Assembly: GCF_020745735.1 (NCBI RefSeq)
Contig: NC_083416.1
Coordinates: forward strand, 51,733,131-51,797,130
Source: Hemiscyllium ocellatum
Taxonomy: Eukaryota
Reading direction: 5' to 3'
DNA: 64,000 nucleotides
Shown here one piece after another: positions 37,496 to 48,601 of the stretch (the first letter of the stretch is position 1; the number at the start of each line of letters is the position of its first letter). The translations under genes were made by a program, and so were the position numbers. Under the pieces are notes generated by a model. The model was not told the DNA's origin. It did not search any database and worked only from the letters and a program-made list of their open reading frames with translations.

Positions 37496-39102
37496 AAGAG
37501 AGAGAGAGCCAAGCCGGCTGAGATAAAAGGTAGGGAGGAGGGACTAGGGGGAGGGGCGATGGAGGTGGGATAGGTGGAAGGAGGTCAAGGTGAGGGTGAT
37601 AGGCCGGAGTGGGGTGGGGGCGGAGAGGTCAGGAAGAGGATTGCAGGTTAGGAGGGCGGTGCTGAGTTGAGGGAACCGACTGAGACAAGGTGGGGGGAGG
37701 GGAAATGAGGAAGCTGGAGAAATCTGAATTCATACCTTGTGGTTGGAGGGTTCCCAGGCGGAAGATGAGGCGCTCCTCCTCCAGCCGTCGTGTAGTTGTG
37801 TTCTGCCGGTGGAGGAGTCCAAGGACCTGCATGTCCTCGGTGGAGTGGGAGGGGGAGTTAAAGTGTTGAGCCACGGGGTGATTGGGTTGGTTGGTTCGGG
37901 CGGCCCAGAGGTGTTCTCTGAAGCGTTCCGCAAGTAAGCGGCCTGTCTCACCAATATAGAGGAGGCCACATCGGGTGCAGCGGATGCAATAGATGATGTG
38001 TGTGGAGGTACAGGTGAACTTGTGGCGGATATGGAAGGATCCCTTGGGGCCTTGGAGGGAAGTGAGTGTGGAGGTGTGGGCGCAAGTTTTACATTTCCTG
38101 CGGTTGCAGGGGAAGGTGCCGGGGGTGGAGGTTGGGTTGGTGGGGGGTGTGGATCTGACAAGGGAGTCACGAAGGGAGTGGTCCTTGCGGAACGCTGATA
38201 GGGGAGGGGAGGGAAATATATCCTTGGTGGTGGGGTCCGTTTGGAGGTACCCCGCTCCTCCAACCGCCACCAAGACAGAACCCCACTGGTTCTCACCTAC
38301 CACCCCACCAACCTGCGCATACAACGTATTATCCGCCGCCATTTCCGCCACCTCCAAACGGACCCCACCACCAAGGATATATTTCCCTCCCCTCCCCTAT
38401 CAGCGTTCCGCAAGGACCACTCCCTTCGTGACTCCCTTGTCAGATCCACACCCCCCACCAACCCAACCTCCACCCCCGGCACCTTCCCCTGCAACCGCAG
38501 GAAATGTAAAACTTGCGCCCACACCTCCACACTCACTTCCCTCCAAGGCCCCAAGGGATCCTTCCATATCCGCCACAAGTTCACCTGTACCTCCACACAC
38601 ATCATCTATTGCATCCGCTGCACCCGATGTGGCCTCCTCTATATTGGTGAGACAGGCCGCTTACTTGCGGAACGCTTCAGAGAACACCTCTGGGCCGCCC
38701 GAACCAACCAACCCAATCACCCCGTGGCTCAACACTTTAACTCCCCCTCCCACTCCACCGAGGACATGCAGGTCCTTGGACTCCTCCACCGGCAGAACAC
38801 AACTACACGACGGCTGGAGGAGGAGCGCCTCATCTTCCGCCTGGGAACCCTCCAACCACAAGGTATGAATTCAGATTTCTCCAGCTTCCTCATTTCCCCT
38901 CCCCCCACCTTGTCTCAGTCGGTTCCCTCAACTCAGCACCGCCCTCCTAACCTGCAATCCTCTTCCTGACCTCTCCGCCCCCACCCCACTCCGGCCTATC
39001 ACCCTCACCTTGACCTCCTTCCACCTATCCCACCTCCATCGCCCCTCCCCCTAATCCCTCCTCCCTACCTTTTATCTCAGCCGGCTTGGCTCTCTCTCTC
39101 TT

Positions 39103-39138
39103 ATTCCTGATGAAGGGCTTATGCTCGAAACGTCGAAT
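39103..39138 (+). ncRNA. Minimal type I hammerhead ribozyme motif (PLE 3' end)
   Basis: Stem I attc/gaat, core CTGATGA (39107-13), extra A, stem II gggc-ttat-gctc, GAAA (39127-30), palindromic ACGT; predicted cleavage after C39134. Confidence 0.85.
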
Positions 39139-40589
39139 TCTCTATTCCTGAGATGCTGCCTAACCTGCTGTGCTTTGACCAGCAACACATTTGCAGCTCC
39201 CTTTTTATCTACCCTACTTGTTAGCTCCTTAAAGAATTATATTTGGCAAGCAAGATTCCCACTTCACAAAGTCATACTGACTCTGCTTGATTGTATTGTG
39301 TTTCTAAATGCTTTGCTATTACATAATCTATCATGGGCTCTCGCATCTTCCAATTACAGATTGCCGTCGTTTTACCTTTTTGTTATTTTTCTTGGGAAAT
39401 TTTCACATTCATGCCTCAATTCTGCATTTGTAATCAAAATGCACCTACGCTCTGCTTCAACACTCTAAATCCACTGTTAGCTGCCCAGTGGGGCTGAGAA
39501 AGGGATTTTGGAAGGCAGATGACAATTGTTTGCAGATCCATGCTTTTCACATATTTGTGAAGACTTTGCTTGTTTCCATCGCTCTCCTCCTAAAAGTGTG
39601 GAGTCAAAATTATGCTTGTAAGGAGATTGGTGCAAAAAGGTAAAAAGGAAAATACTTTGTGTTTATAAAGCAAGCTTTGTTATATTTTGGATCCTCACAC
39701 AGTCACTTTGGTGAAAGGTGCAATGCCTCTTTGTGCTATCTATATTGTAGTACAGATGAGGTGCAGTATTTGGACTCTATTTACTCAAAGACTTTGTGTG
39801 TTTGCTTACAGTTAGGATTAACACAAACACTACAGAGTAGACTCTAAACAGTCTGTTGGCCCAAGGTGTTGCCATGCAGAAGGATGACTGCCTTGGTCAT
39901 GTGATGACATTCTGGCCCATGGCCCATCTGCATTCTTAGCTCTTAAAGCAATGCAGCTTGCCCTATTTTTCCAAAGATAAATCTTGTACAATAAAAGGGA
40001 CAGCATATCAACATTAGTTTATAGCAAAATTAGTAATACAGAGATAAAGATTGCAAAATTAAAGTATCGAGATAAGAGTTGTAAAAGTTACAAGTACAAA
40101 GATAAAGGTTGTAATATTTATAAGTTCGGAAATCTAGGAGTCCACAGATTCTTTTGATGGCTTGACAACCTTTCCAAATCTTGTTGTGATGAAATTTTCT
40201 GGAGCTGCATTTCACCCTCATGATTCATTGATGGTTTGTCACTGTGTTGGTTGTTGTCCTGGTGTTCCACCATGCTGTAATTGTCAGGATGTATTCTTTA
40301 GTACCTGTTACGTGCAATTGGCATAATGCACACTTGCCTCAGCTGACTTCTGCTCTCCCTCAACATTGCTCCATTTGATGGTTTGACTTTAGAAGACCAA
40401 GCACACATTGGAGAGCTCAGCCAGGAACCAGACCGAATTGCAGGGTGTATAACATATTTCTCAGATGTGTAGTTCACATAGTTTCACACCTGCAAGATCG
40501 TGATTTTCCATTTTCAACCTCCTTGGTTTGTCAAGAAACACATCCTGCATCTTGGAGGATTCAGAAAGGTGGTTTCATCCAAACTCCTG

Positions 40590-41585
40590 AGGTGAGTTGA
40601 GAGTGACTGCCCTGGACAAGAAAGCAGAATTTAGCATGAAAGAATAGTGACTAACACTGAAGCCAATGAGAATCATGGGGAAACTTTTCATTGATTGCAG
40701 TCCTACCTAGCACAAAGGAAAAAGATAATTGGAGTCAATTATCTCAACATCATGACATCCCTGGGATAGGGTACTGAACCCAACCATGTTCAACTGCTTC
40801 ATCAATTACTTTCTTTCCATCATTATGTCAGAAGTCAGTGATGATTATGTGAAGTTCAGCACCATTAACAACTCCTCAGAAACTGAAACAAATCTCATCC
40901 ATATGGAACAATATTTGGACCATATCCAGGTTTGGGCTGCCATGTGACATTCAATCCTGATGAAGGGCTTTTGCCTGAAACATTGATTTTCCTGCTCCTT
41001 GGATACTGCCTGACCTGCTGTGCTTTTCCAGCACCACTCTAATCTTATCTCTAATCTCCAGCATCTGCAGTACCCATTTCTGCTTATGTGATATTCAGGC
41101 CATACATGCCAGACAATGACCATCTCCAATGAAAGGGCATTTAATTATCAAAGACACTGCTAGGGAAACTTGACATTATACTAATCAAAGTAGGCCACTT
41201 GATTGGGACTCGAACCATCATCTTCAAATTCATTTCCCTGAACCACCAATGCACAGTTGCAGCAGCATGTACATCTTTACTATTTACTGTAGTAACTCCC
41301 TTCCAAACAAACAACCACTACCATCTAGAAGGTCAAGATCAATAGATACAGGAAGCACAACCACTTGCAGGTTTCCTTTCAATATACACCCCATCCTGAC
41401 TTGAAACTGTATTCCCATTCTTGATGGGTGAATATCTTGGAACTCCCTTTCAATTAACACTGAGCGTATCCCCTCAAGTGCTGCCACAAAGCAAGAAGGT
41501 AGTTCACCATTACCTTCGCTACGACAATTAGGGATGGGCAATAATGCTGGCCTAGCCAGTGTTGCTCACAACATGAGAACAAATC
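40590..41585 (+). mobile_element. Decayed L2/CR1-group LINE 3' part
   Basis: PTMFNCFIN..SIIMSEV RT-like motif; 3' tail caattagggatgggcaataatgctggcctagccag. Same tail family at ~900-1095(+), 42530-42880(-), 62320-62960(-). Confidence 0.65.
40954..41085 (+). mobile_element. Short PLE hammerhead module with TSD
   Basis: atcCTGATGAagggcttttgcctGAAACATT; TSD atgtgacattca (40942-53) / atgtgatattca (41086-97). Confidence 0.88.
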
Positions 41586-44362
41586 TTCTTGGGTACCTTG
41601 GTGATCTCATGGACCATCACACCATTAAAAATCTGTACGCACTTCTCATGCTGGCACTACTGGTTTACTCACATATTCATTAAAATATTTTTGGTTTCCA
41701 TGCCAAACAATCACTGCATCGTTAATATGCCAATGCAAGGATGAGTGATCCTTCCTATAGAGTTAACTTAGCAGTTGTCAGTTAATAACATTGGGCTCAA
41801 ATTTCCATGAACACATCTTTCAGAATTAGGACCACAGGATAGTTGCATTAGCTGCTGTTTCAGTCTTGGTTTTGATTATGGGTTTGCCAGTTCTCTTTGG
41901 GCAAATGATGTTAAATGTGGCAAAACCTTCATGTTGCCTGCCTTGGTCAACATGGTGTGTTACATTCACAATGTGAAGAGCCTATACTTAATCTGGTTGG
42001 ATGTAGTTGGATGTTATTCATTCCTTGGCCTTATCTTGGCTCTGTTTTGCTGTAATCTTTGTGTGATAGCCTTTGTATTTGCAGATCTCTATGGGAATTC
42101 CTTACTGTTGTTGGCACACTGTTGCATCTGTCTCTTGTTTAGCTAAGCATTTTATAGCCTCAGGGTGTACATTTGGAGCCAGATTTCTTTGATAAATGGA
42201 ACCAGTGTCCTTTTGTACCATACACTTTGCACAGATTTTGGAATGCAGGACATTTTCAAAGGACATGTGACAGGCTACACTTGCAACATTGCTCACTTGC
42301 TTTCTGTGTCCTCATTACTGGTGGCTGCACCTTGTCTTTCAGATGTTATAGTCCAGCATTAACGGCTTCATAATTTTGGTGATCTTCTAGCACCTTAACA
42401 ATGCTGTGACCTTTCTTTTTCTGAATTATTATTGAATCAGTCCTCAACTCCATTATCTGTTCCAACAGTTTAATGTCTGAAAAATTGCAATCACTGCACT
42501 TATTTTATTTTCCTTCATGGACTTAGGACATAGGAGCTGCTGGCTGGTCAATGTTCTTTGTATGTCACTAGGATTGGCTTGAAAAAATGTTGGTGAGCTG
42601 TTTCCTTGAACCACTCAAGTTCATGTGCTGTAGGTAGACCCACAATGCCCTAAGGGAGGGAATTCCAGGATGTTGACCAAAGTCAGTGAAGGATGGTGTG
42701 TGATTTGGAGCAGTACTTGCAGTTGATGGTGTTCCCAAGTATCTGCTGTCCTTGTTCTTTGAGATAGACATGGTCACAGGTTTGGAATGTGCTGTATAAG
42801 GATCTTTGATGAATTTCTAAAATGTGTCTTGTAGATAGTGCATACTGCTGCTACTGTGTGTCAGTGGTGGAGGGAGTACCTGTAGTTATGTCTCCTAGCT
42901 GCAATCTTTGTTTGAAAAGGTTGAACTCCAGTGGGATACCTGCAACCTACCTGTTATGCTTGGGGGATTTGGTATCCATTTTTAGTTTTCTTTTGCCTCT
43001 TTCAAGTGCTCTAGAGCTGCAGGGATTTGAAGCCGTTTACCCTTAAATGGACATTGTGTATATCTTCAGCAACGTATTTGCACCACTTTGTTTTTTGCCT
43101 TATATCCATCTGGCTCTGCTCCATGCGTAGCTTCAACACTGAATTTGGAGTGACTTTTCTACTTCCTTTTAAAATGTGTTTTTTTGACTCTACACTGTTC
43201 CCAACTTCAGATCACTCTGTTTTTCATTTGTTTGAAACATTGTGCATTTTTACTTTGATCTACATGGGGATGGCAGCAAATGGCCCTTTAAACGTTAAAT
43301 AGAGTAATCCTGACTCAACTTGCTGTCTGAACATATCTAAATAGCTCTTTACATTTCTGGATTTGGAGCTGAATTTTGTTTGCTCTTTCTTGGATTTCAA
43401 GTTTGTATCACCTTTTTTATTCTGTTCTTTTTAGAGAAATGCTCACTACTGCACATTGTGTTATGATGCCTTGCGCTATCTGTATGTAACACAAATGAGA
43501 TACATGGATTCTGTTTGGATAAAGCTCTCTATTTCTAGCTAAAATCCACACAGTACACAGCAACTTCTAGATACATCCTTGATCCAGCATCCTGCAATTT
43601 AAAGTGATTGGTCATATGATGACATCATTGTCCTCGGTCCATCTGAATATCGAGCACTCAAAGCAATAGTACAACAACACTGAACAGTTCTGTTTAGGTT
43701 GGGAACCAAAGGAACAGAAAAACTATCTGATAGCAAACAAAAAGAGTCTCTTAAATAAGATGTAGTTTATTGCAAATAGCAACCGGGTACAAGTTAAATT
43801 GGTATGTTCGATATTGTTACAAAAACTGTAAGGAGGATCTGTGTGGAAACCTCTGACAGAGCTGACTGTTTCTTGGCCAATTGTCTACTGAGTGTAACTG
43901 GTTTCCCTTGCTCCACTACTTAAAGAAGATAGAGGCCAAGAGGCCAAGACATATATCAAAAGTGAGAATCCTTGATTGTAAAGTGTCTGCACATTCTCAG
44001 CTCTTGCCTTTGAAATGCAAAACTATTCTGCCTCTCACCCTGTGTATCTTCATTATGTTGGATGGTATTTAAAGCAATCTCACCATTAATTTGTTCATAG
44101 CCGAACACCTTATATAGCATTTCACCCAAGCATTTGTTCCATTATTAACGTTCATACATTTACATATATCATTACATTTAACTCTACCCATTTTCCTACA
44201 TATCTTGAATTTAATAAAATTAGGTGGTCTAGCAGTTTGACTACTTTCCCAGCATATATTCTCTATAGATTTGAAACATTGGTAGCTCTTTGGCTTGAAG
44301 ACAGTTGACCTTGATTCTGTTCTTGTTCTTCAGTAAAATAAAATAGAATAGTTCCTCTAGTT

Positions 44363-44567
44363 TGTAGTGATTGTGAGGAGGTCATAAAATAAGAGTTCCC
44401 TGATTGGGACTGTTAATCTGGTCCAATCAGGGAGCGCTGATTGACAAATAAAAAAAGACATGTCAGACATTCCGACACTCTGAAAGCCAGACAAGTGTCA
44501 AGAACTTTCAACATATAAATAAAGAGTAACTTGCTGATGGGGTATCTGCCTTTGGGGAGTTACTTCA
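44363..44567 (+). mobile_element. Probable solo LTR
   Basis: TG...CA ends, inverted ccctgattgg/ccaatcaggg CCAAT pair, AATAAA. No clear TSD. Confidence 0.55.
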
Positions 44568-46524
44568 TTTTCACCTTTTGAATTTCTTTTTGTGAAGGGT
44601 GACTGTCTTGAAGAAATAGGCATTTTTCTTTTTACAATATCTTGGATTTCTGAAGCAAATAATTTCTTTTTGATAGCATCCCAGATCTCTGAGCCAGGCA
44701 ACTACTTTATGATCATGAACTAAATCTGTAAGACCATCAGCCATAGGACAAAAATTGCGTCATTGAAGTCCATCCAGTCTGCTCCATCATGCGATCTCGG
44801 CTGATATGTTTCGTAACCCCATTCATCTGCTTTCTCCCCATAATTTTCAATCACTCTACTAATCAAATTGAATCTGTGTACATTTGTGATTCCATCTCAG
44901 TAATGGTTTTCAAAGAGTTGCATGTAGCTTATCTTCAATTTGTTAATGTAAATCCTTATTCTCAGATTGATATAAACTTGTGCTCAAGTAAGTACGTTTG
45001 GTACTTCAACCCATTGATTTGGTTGGACATTTCCATTTTGCCCCTGTGATTGTTTTACTGGTGATCCTAATGTATTTCCATTCCTAGTTGTACCACTAGA
45101 GGATTGTTTTTCACATGGTATGGTCTCTGGTACTGATTATTCTTCCTTGTAAGATGAAGACATTTGTTGTTCAATATAAACTTGCTCCTTCTCAGCATCT
45201 GACATAATTGTCAAGTCTGTTATAACAATTTGCACCCAGGCTACCTTGTTGTCCCGATGACCTTTGTGGATGACTCGGTGAGCTCAAATGGAGAAGACTG
45301 TCTTTCAGCTTTTTTCACATTTGGATCTCCTTGCAAACTTTGCTGAGTCCTGCTGCCTGAACTTCCTTCAGCAATACAAGGAATGGAAAACATTTCTGCC
45401 ACCCCTACATAGTCACATTTCCAACCTGTTGACAATATGAAACAATTTTCTTAAGACAATGTAATTAAATCAGAGGATTATGTCTTCTTTTTCAGCTCCA
45501 GCATAAGTCCAGGAAGATAAATGAAATATTGTTTAGTTGCTTTTTGGTTTTCTGACATTTTCTTAATATGTGGCTCCATGACAGGCTGCCCCTTAAACAA
45601 ATATGACATATAAGGCTGCTTCTTGGCCAGCTGTCTATTGACTGTAACCTGTTTAACTCCTCCAGTGTTGCCCTTGTGGTGCAGAATTGTTTGTAAAATA
45701 TCTTTAATGTTGGGAGCCAAACCTCATGGAATATTTAATTTACTGTTATATGCTGTAAAGTTGTTTTGTTTTGATACGCTAGTAAATAATATAGTGACCC
45801 TAAACCCTGTAACAAGCTGAAAATTAGTGAGATGTCCATTGAATACCCTCTTTCCAAAAGGCTTGACTTGTATCATTTATTTCTGTGAGGAATATCTCTT
45901 ACTTATCTTCTATTTTAGGCTGTTCTATCTTATTAACTTCTTTGTGTGGGTATCTTTTGATCGTGTGTTACTCTGTAACTATGTTCTATTTCTAAGCATC
46001 TTCTGGAGATGACCTTTTGCTTTATAGTTGAAGAATTCTCCTTGGATCTGGCCAATGTTTGTACATGTGAGGTTCCCTTGCTCAAAAACATTGACACTGA
46101 CTCTGAGTAACCAGCTGTACTGGAAGTTACCATTTTGCACCTTGACAACTCAATGAAATCTGCTGACCTCCTGTGATATGGTTTATTCTTTCTTCTTAGG
46201 ATGGATCTGTATCATTTCTGGATTTCTGTTTCACTTAGCATCTTGCTTCAAAATCAAACCTTCTGATGACTATAATAAATCTTCTTTTGTGCTTTGTCAT
46301 GCTATAAAATCATCACATATTTGCAATTGAACACAAAATGTATTTACTTGCTCAGATTCTGATTTAATATCTAGCCATAAGCAATTCTGATCTTTGCTAT
46401 TTTCTCTGAGACTTACAATTCTGCATTCTCTCCAGTCTATGACTGAACTTAAATTTTCTTAATGTGATTGTTTTTTGTTTTACTTTAAATACTCTTAATT
46501 CTGTGAACATCCAAAGTCCAAGCA

Positions 46525-48371
46525 TTCTTATGCTTTTTTTTTCATTTTTTGCATTAAATTAGCCCTCATTATGGCTCCCAAGAAAGTGAAAAGTGGTAGT
46601 GTTAGTGTGTTAAGAAGCCTAAATGTATTACTGTAGAAACAAAGAAGGAAATAATAGCTATACACAAGAATGATGCTCACGTTTCTGATCTCGCTATGCA
46701 GTACAACATGGCAAAATCGACTATCTGTACTATCCTAAAGAACAAAGAGGCACTAAAGGCAGCTGAAGTGGCTAAAGGAGTGACTATTTAACGAAGCAAA
46801 GATCTAAATTGTTAGACGAGGTTGAAAAATTATTATTAGTTTGGATAAATCAAAAAGAGCTTGCTGGAGACAGTGTTAACGAGACTATAATCTGCGAGAA
46901 GGCTCTACACATACACTGTGATTTGTTGGCGACACTGCTGAGTACAAGTACTACTAGCGTTGAAGAATTTAAAGCCAGCAGAGGCTGGTTTGATAAATTT
47001 CATCAATGAATCCATAGTGTAATAAGGCATGGAGAAGTGGCTAGTTCGGACAAAAAGACAGCGGAGGACTTTGTGAAGGAATTCAATAAGTTTGTCAAAG
47101 ATGAAGGTTATGTCTTACATCAAGTTTTTAACTGTGATGAAACTCGACTTTTCTGGGAAAAAAATGCCCAAAAGGACCTACATAACCCAAGAGGAGAAGG
47201 CACTACCGGGCCACAAACCAATGAAGGCCAGGTTAACGCTTTTATTGTGCGCAAATGCAAGTGGGGATTGCAAGATTAAGCCTCTATTAGTCTACCACTC
47301 TGAAAATCCTCACGTTTTTAAATGCAATAACGTGTTGAAGGCTAAACTCCCGGTAATGTGGAGGGCGAATAGCAAGGCTTGGGTCACTCGAATAATTTTT
47401 ATGGAATGGTTGACGGACGTTTTTGCACCAGCTGCCAAGGAATATCTTGAAACAAATAATTTGCCACTTAAGTGTCTTCCAGTAATGGACAATGCTCCTG
47501 CCCATCCTCCAAATTTGGAAGAAGACTTGGACATTGAATACGACTTCATAGAAGTAAAGTTCCTTCCTCCCAACACCACTCCTTTCATCCAACCCATGGG
47601 CCAGAATGTCCTTGCAAATTTCAAAAAATTATATACGAAGGCTCTGTTCGCCAGATGTTTCCTGGTCACCAACGACACAGATTTGACCCTTGGTCAGTAC
47701 TGGAAGGACCACTTCAATATCCTCCACTGCATAAGCCTTATTGATAAGGCATGGAACAAGGTCTCTTTCCGTACGTTGCAGTCGGCCTGGAGGAAACTTT
47801 GGCCAGATTGTGTACCTGAGAGAGACTTCGAGGGTTTTGAGGAGGAGACATCAGTAAATGTAGTGAACGTGATTGTGACCCTGGGCCAAAATGTGGACTT
47901 GGAGGTCGATGAGGATGATGTGGTGGAGCTGGTGGAGGACCACAGACAAGAACTCAGCACAGAAGATCTTGTTGAATTGCAGCAGGAGCAGGTGAAGGTT
48001 ATGCAGCAGGAGCATTCTGGAGAGGAGGAAAAAGAGAGGGAAGATGTATCAAGTGTTCAAATCAAAGACATTTGTAGCAAATGAAGTGCAGGCTTTTGTT
48101 GAGAGGCATCACCCTAACAAAACTGTGACCAACAGAGCAGTGAACATTTTAAATGACAATGTGATGTCCCATTTTCGGAAAATTCTGCAACAAAGAAAAA
48201 AACAAGTTTCTCTGGATCGCTTTCTTGTGGCATCACCAACCTCCAAGAGACACAAAAGAGAAAAGACTCCGGAAATATCCAAATAATGGGAAAATTGATT
48301 CAGTTCGTGAACTTTTCGATTCATGAACCAGGTCCCGGAACGGATTAAGTTCGTAAGTCAAGGCGCTACTG
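46525..48371 (+). mobile_element. Tigger/pogo DNA transposon, frameshifted transposase (46571-48286), 5' TIR not found
   Basis: CENP-B-like HTH (..SDLAMQYNMAKSTICTILKNK), FKASRGWFDKF, VFNCDET, MDNAPAHP, FLPPNTT..IQPMGQ; 3' end ...gtaagtcaaggcgctactg followed by TA. Confidence 0.93.
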
Positions 48372-48510
48372 TACAATGAATGATTTCTGCTATTTGCCGC
48401 CTAATAGCCATTTTCCATTTTCTTGAACAGCTTTATCAAATGGATCCCACTGCCTACAGATCTTTTGATTGCTCTGCTGATAAACAATGCGCCTGTGTGC
48501 TTCTGCTCAC

Positions 48511-48601
48511 TCCACCTGATGAAGAAGCAGTGTTCTGAAAGCTTGTAATTTCAAATAAACCTGTTGAACTATAACCTGATATTGTGTGATTTCTGACCTT
48601 G
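48511..48601 (+). mobile_element. Short module of the second PLE family with a degenerate hammerhead (AGCT palindrome)
   Basis: cacCTGATGAagaagcagtgttctGAAAGCTT followed by aaataaacctgttg..ctataacctg..ttgtgtgattt. Confidence 0.7.

Larger units (their letters stand above)
37364..39197. mobile_element. Young fold-back Penelope-like element (Cys-linker + GIY-YIG, Neptune-like); arms 37400-38248 and 38350-39198
   Basis: Mirror-image ORFs 37629..38357(-) and 38241..38969(+) with CNRRKCKTC, IIYCIRC..CGLLYIGET, R, E and N motifs; perfect 15-bp TSD tccctttttatctac at 37349-63 and 39198-212. Confidence 0.97.
36095..39360 (-). mobile_element. Older CR1 3' fragment hosting two PLE insertions (36924-37053 and 37364-39197)
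   Basis: LWNSLPQ.AV.A.S.NIFK..I.RFL 3' motif; sequence resumes across both insertions. Confidence 0.75.
39746..43680 (-). mobile_element. Ancient Gypsy-type LTR retrotransposon relic with nested insertions
   Basis: Gag-like EFNLFKQRLQL and CDFS-like motifs; knuckle CCKCSLSH..KCPAFQNLCKVYGTKGHW (~42200-42290); protease-like KTETAANATIL; degenerate LTR pair at ~39746-39960 and ~43486-43680; purine tract next to the left LTR. Confidence 0.65.

Noticed and set aside
37993-38868. 291-aa Pro/Thr/Ser-rich ORF and similar ORFs at 2679-3368 and 12570-13121
   Set aside because: These are alternative-frame or antisense readings of C-rich PLE sequence, not independent genes.
47092-48084. Domesticated TIGD-type host gene
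   Set aside because: Frameshifts and stops in the N-terminal part and a retained TIR+TA indicate a transposon relic.
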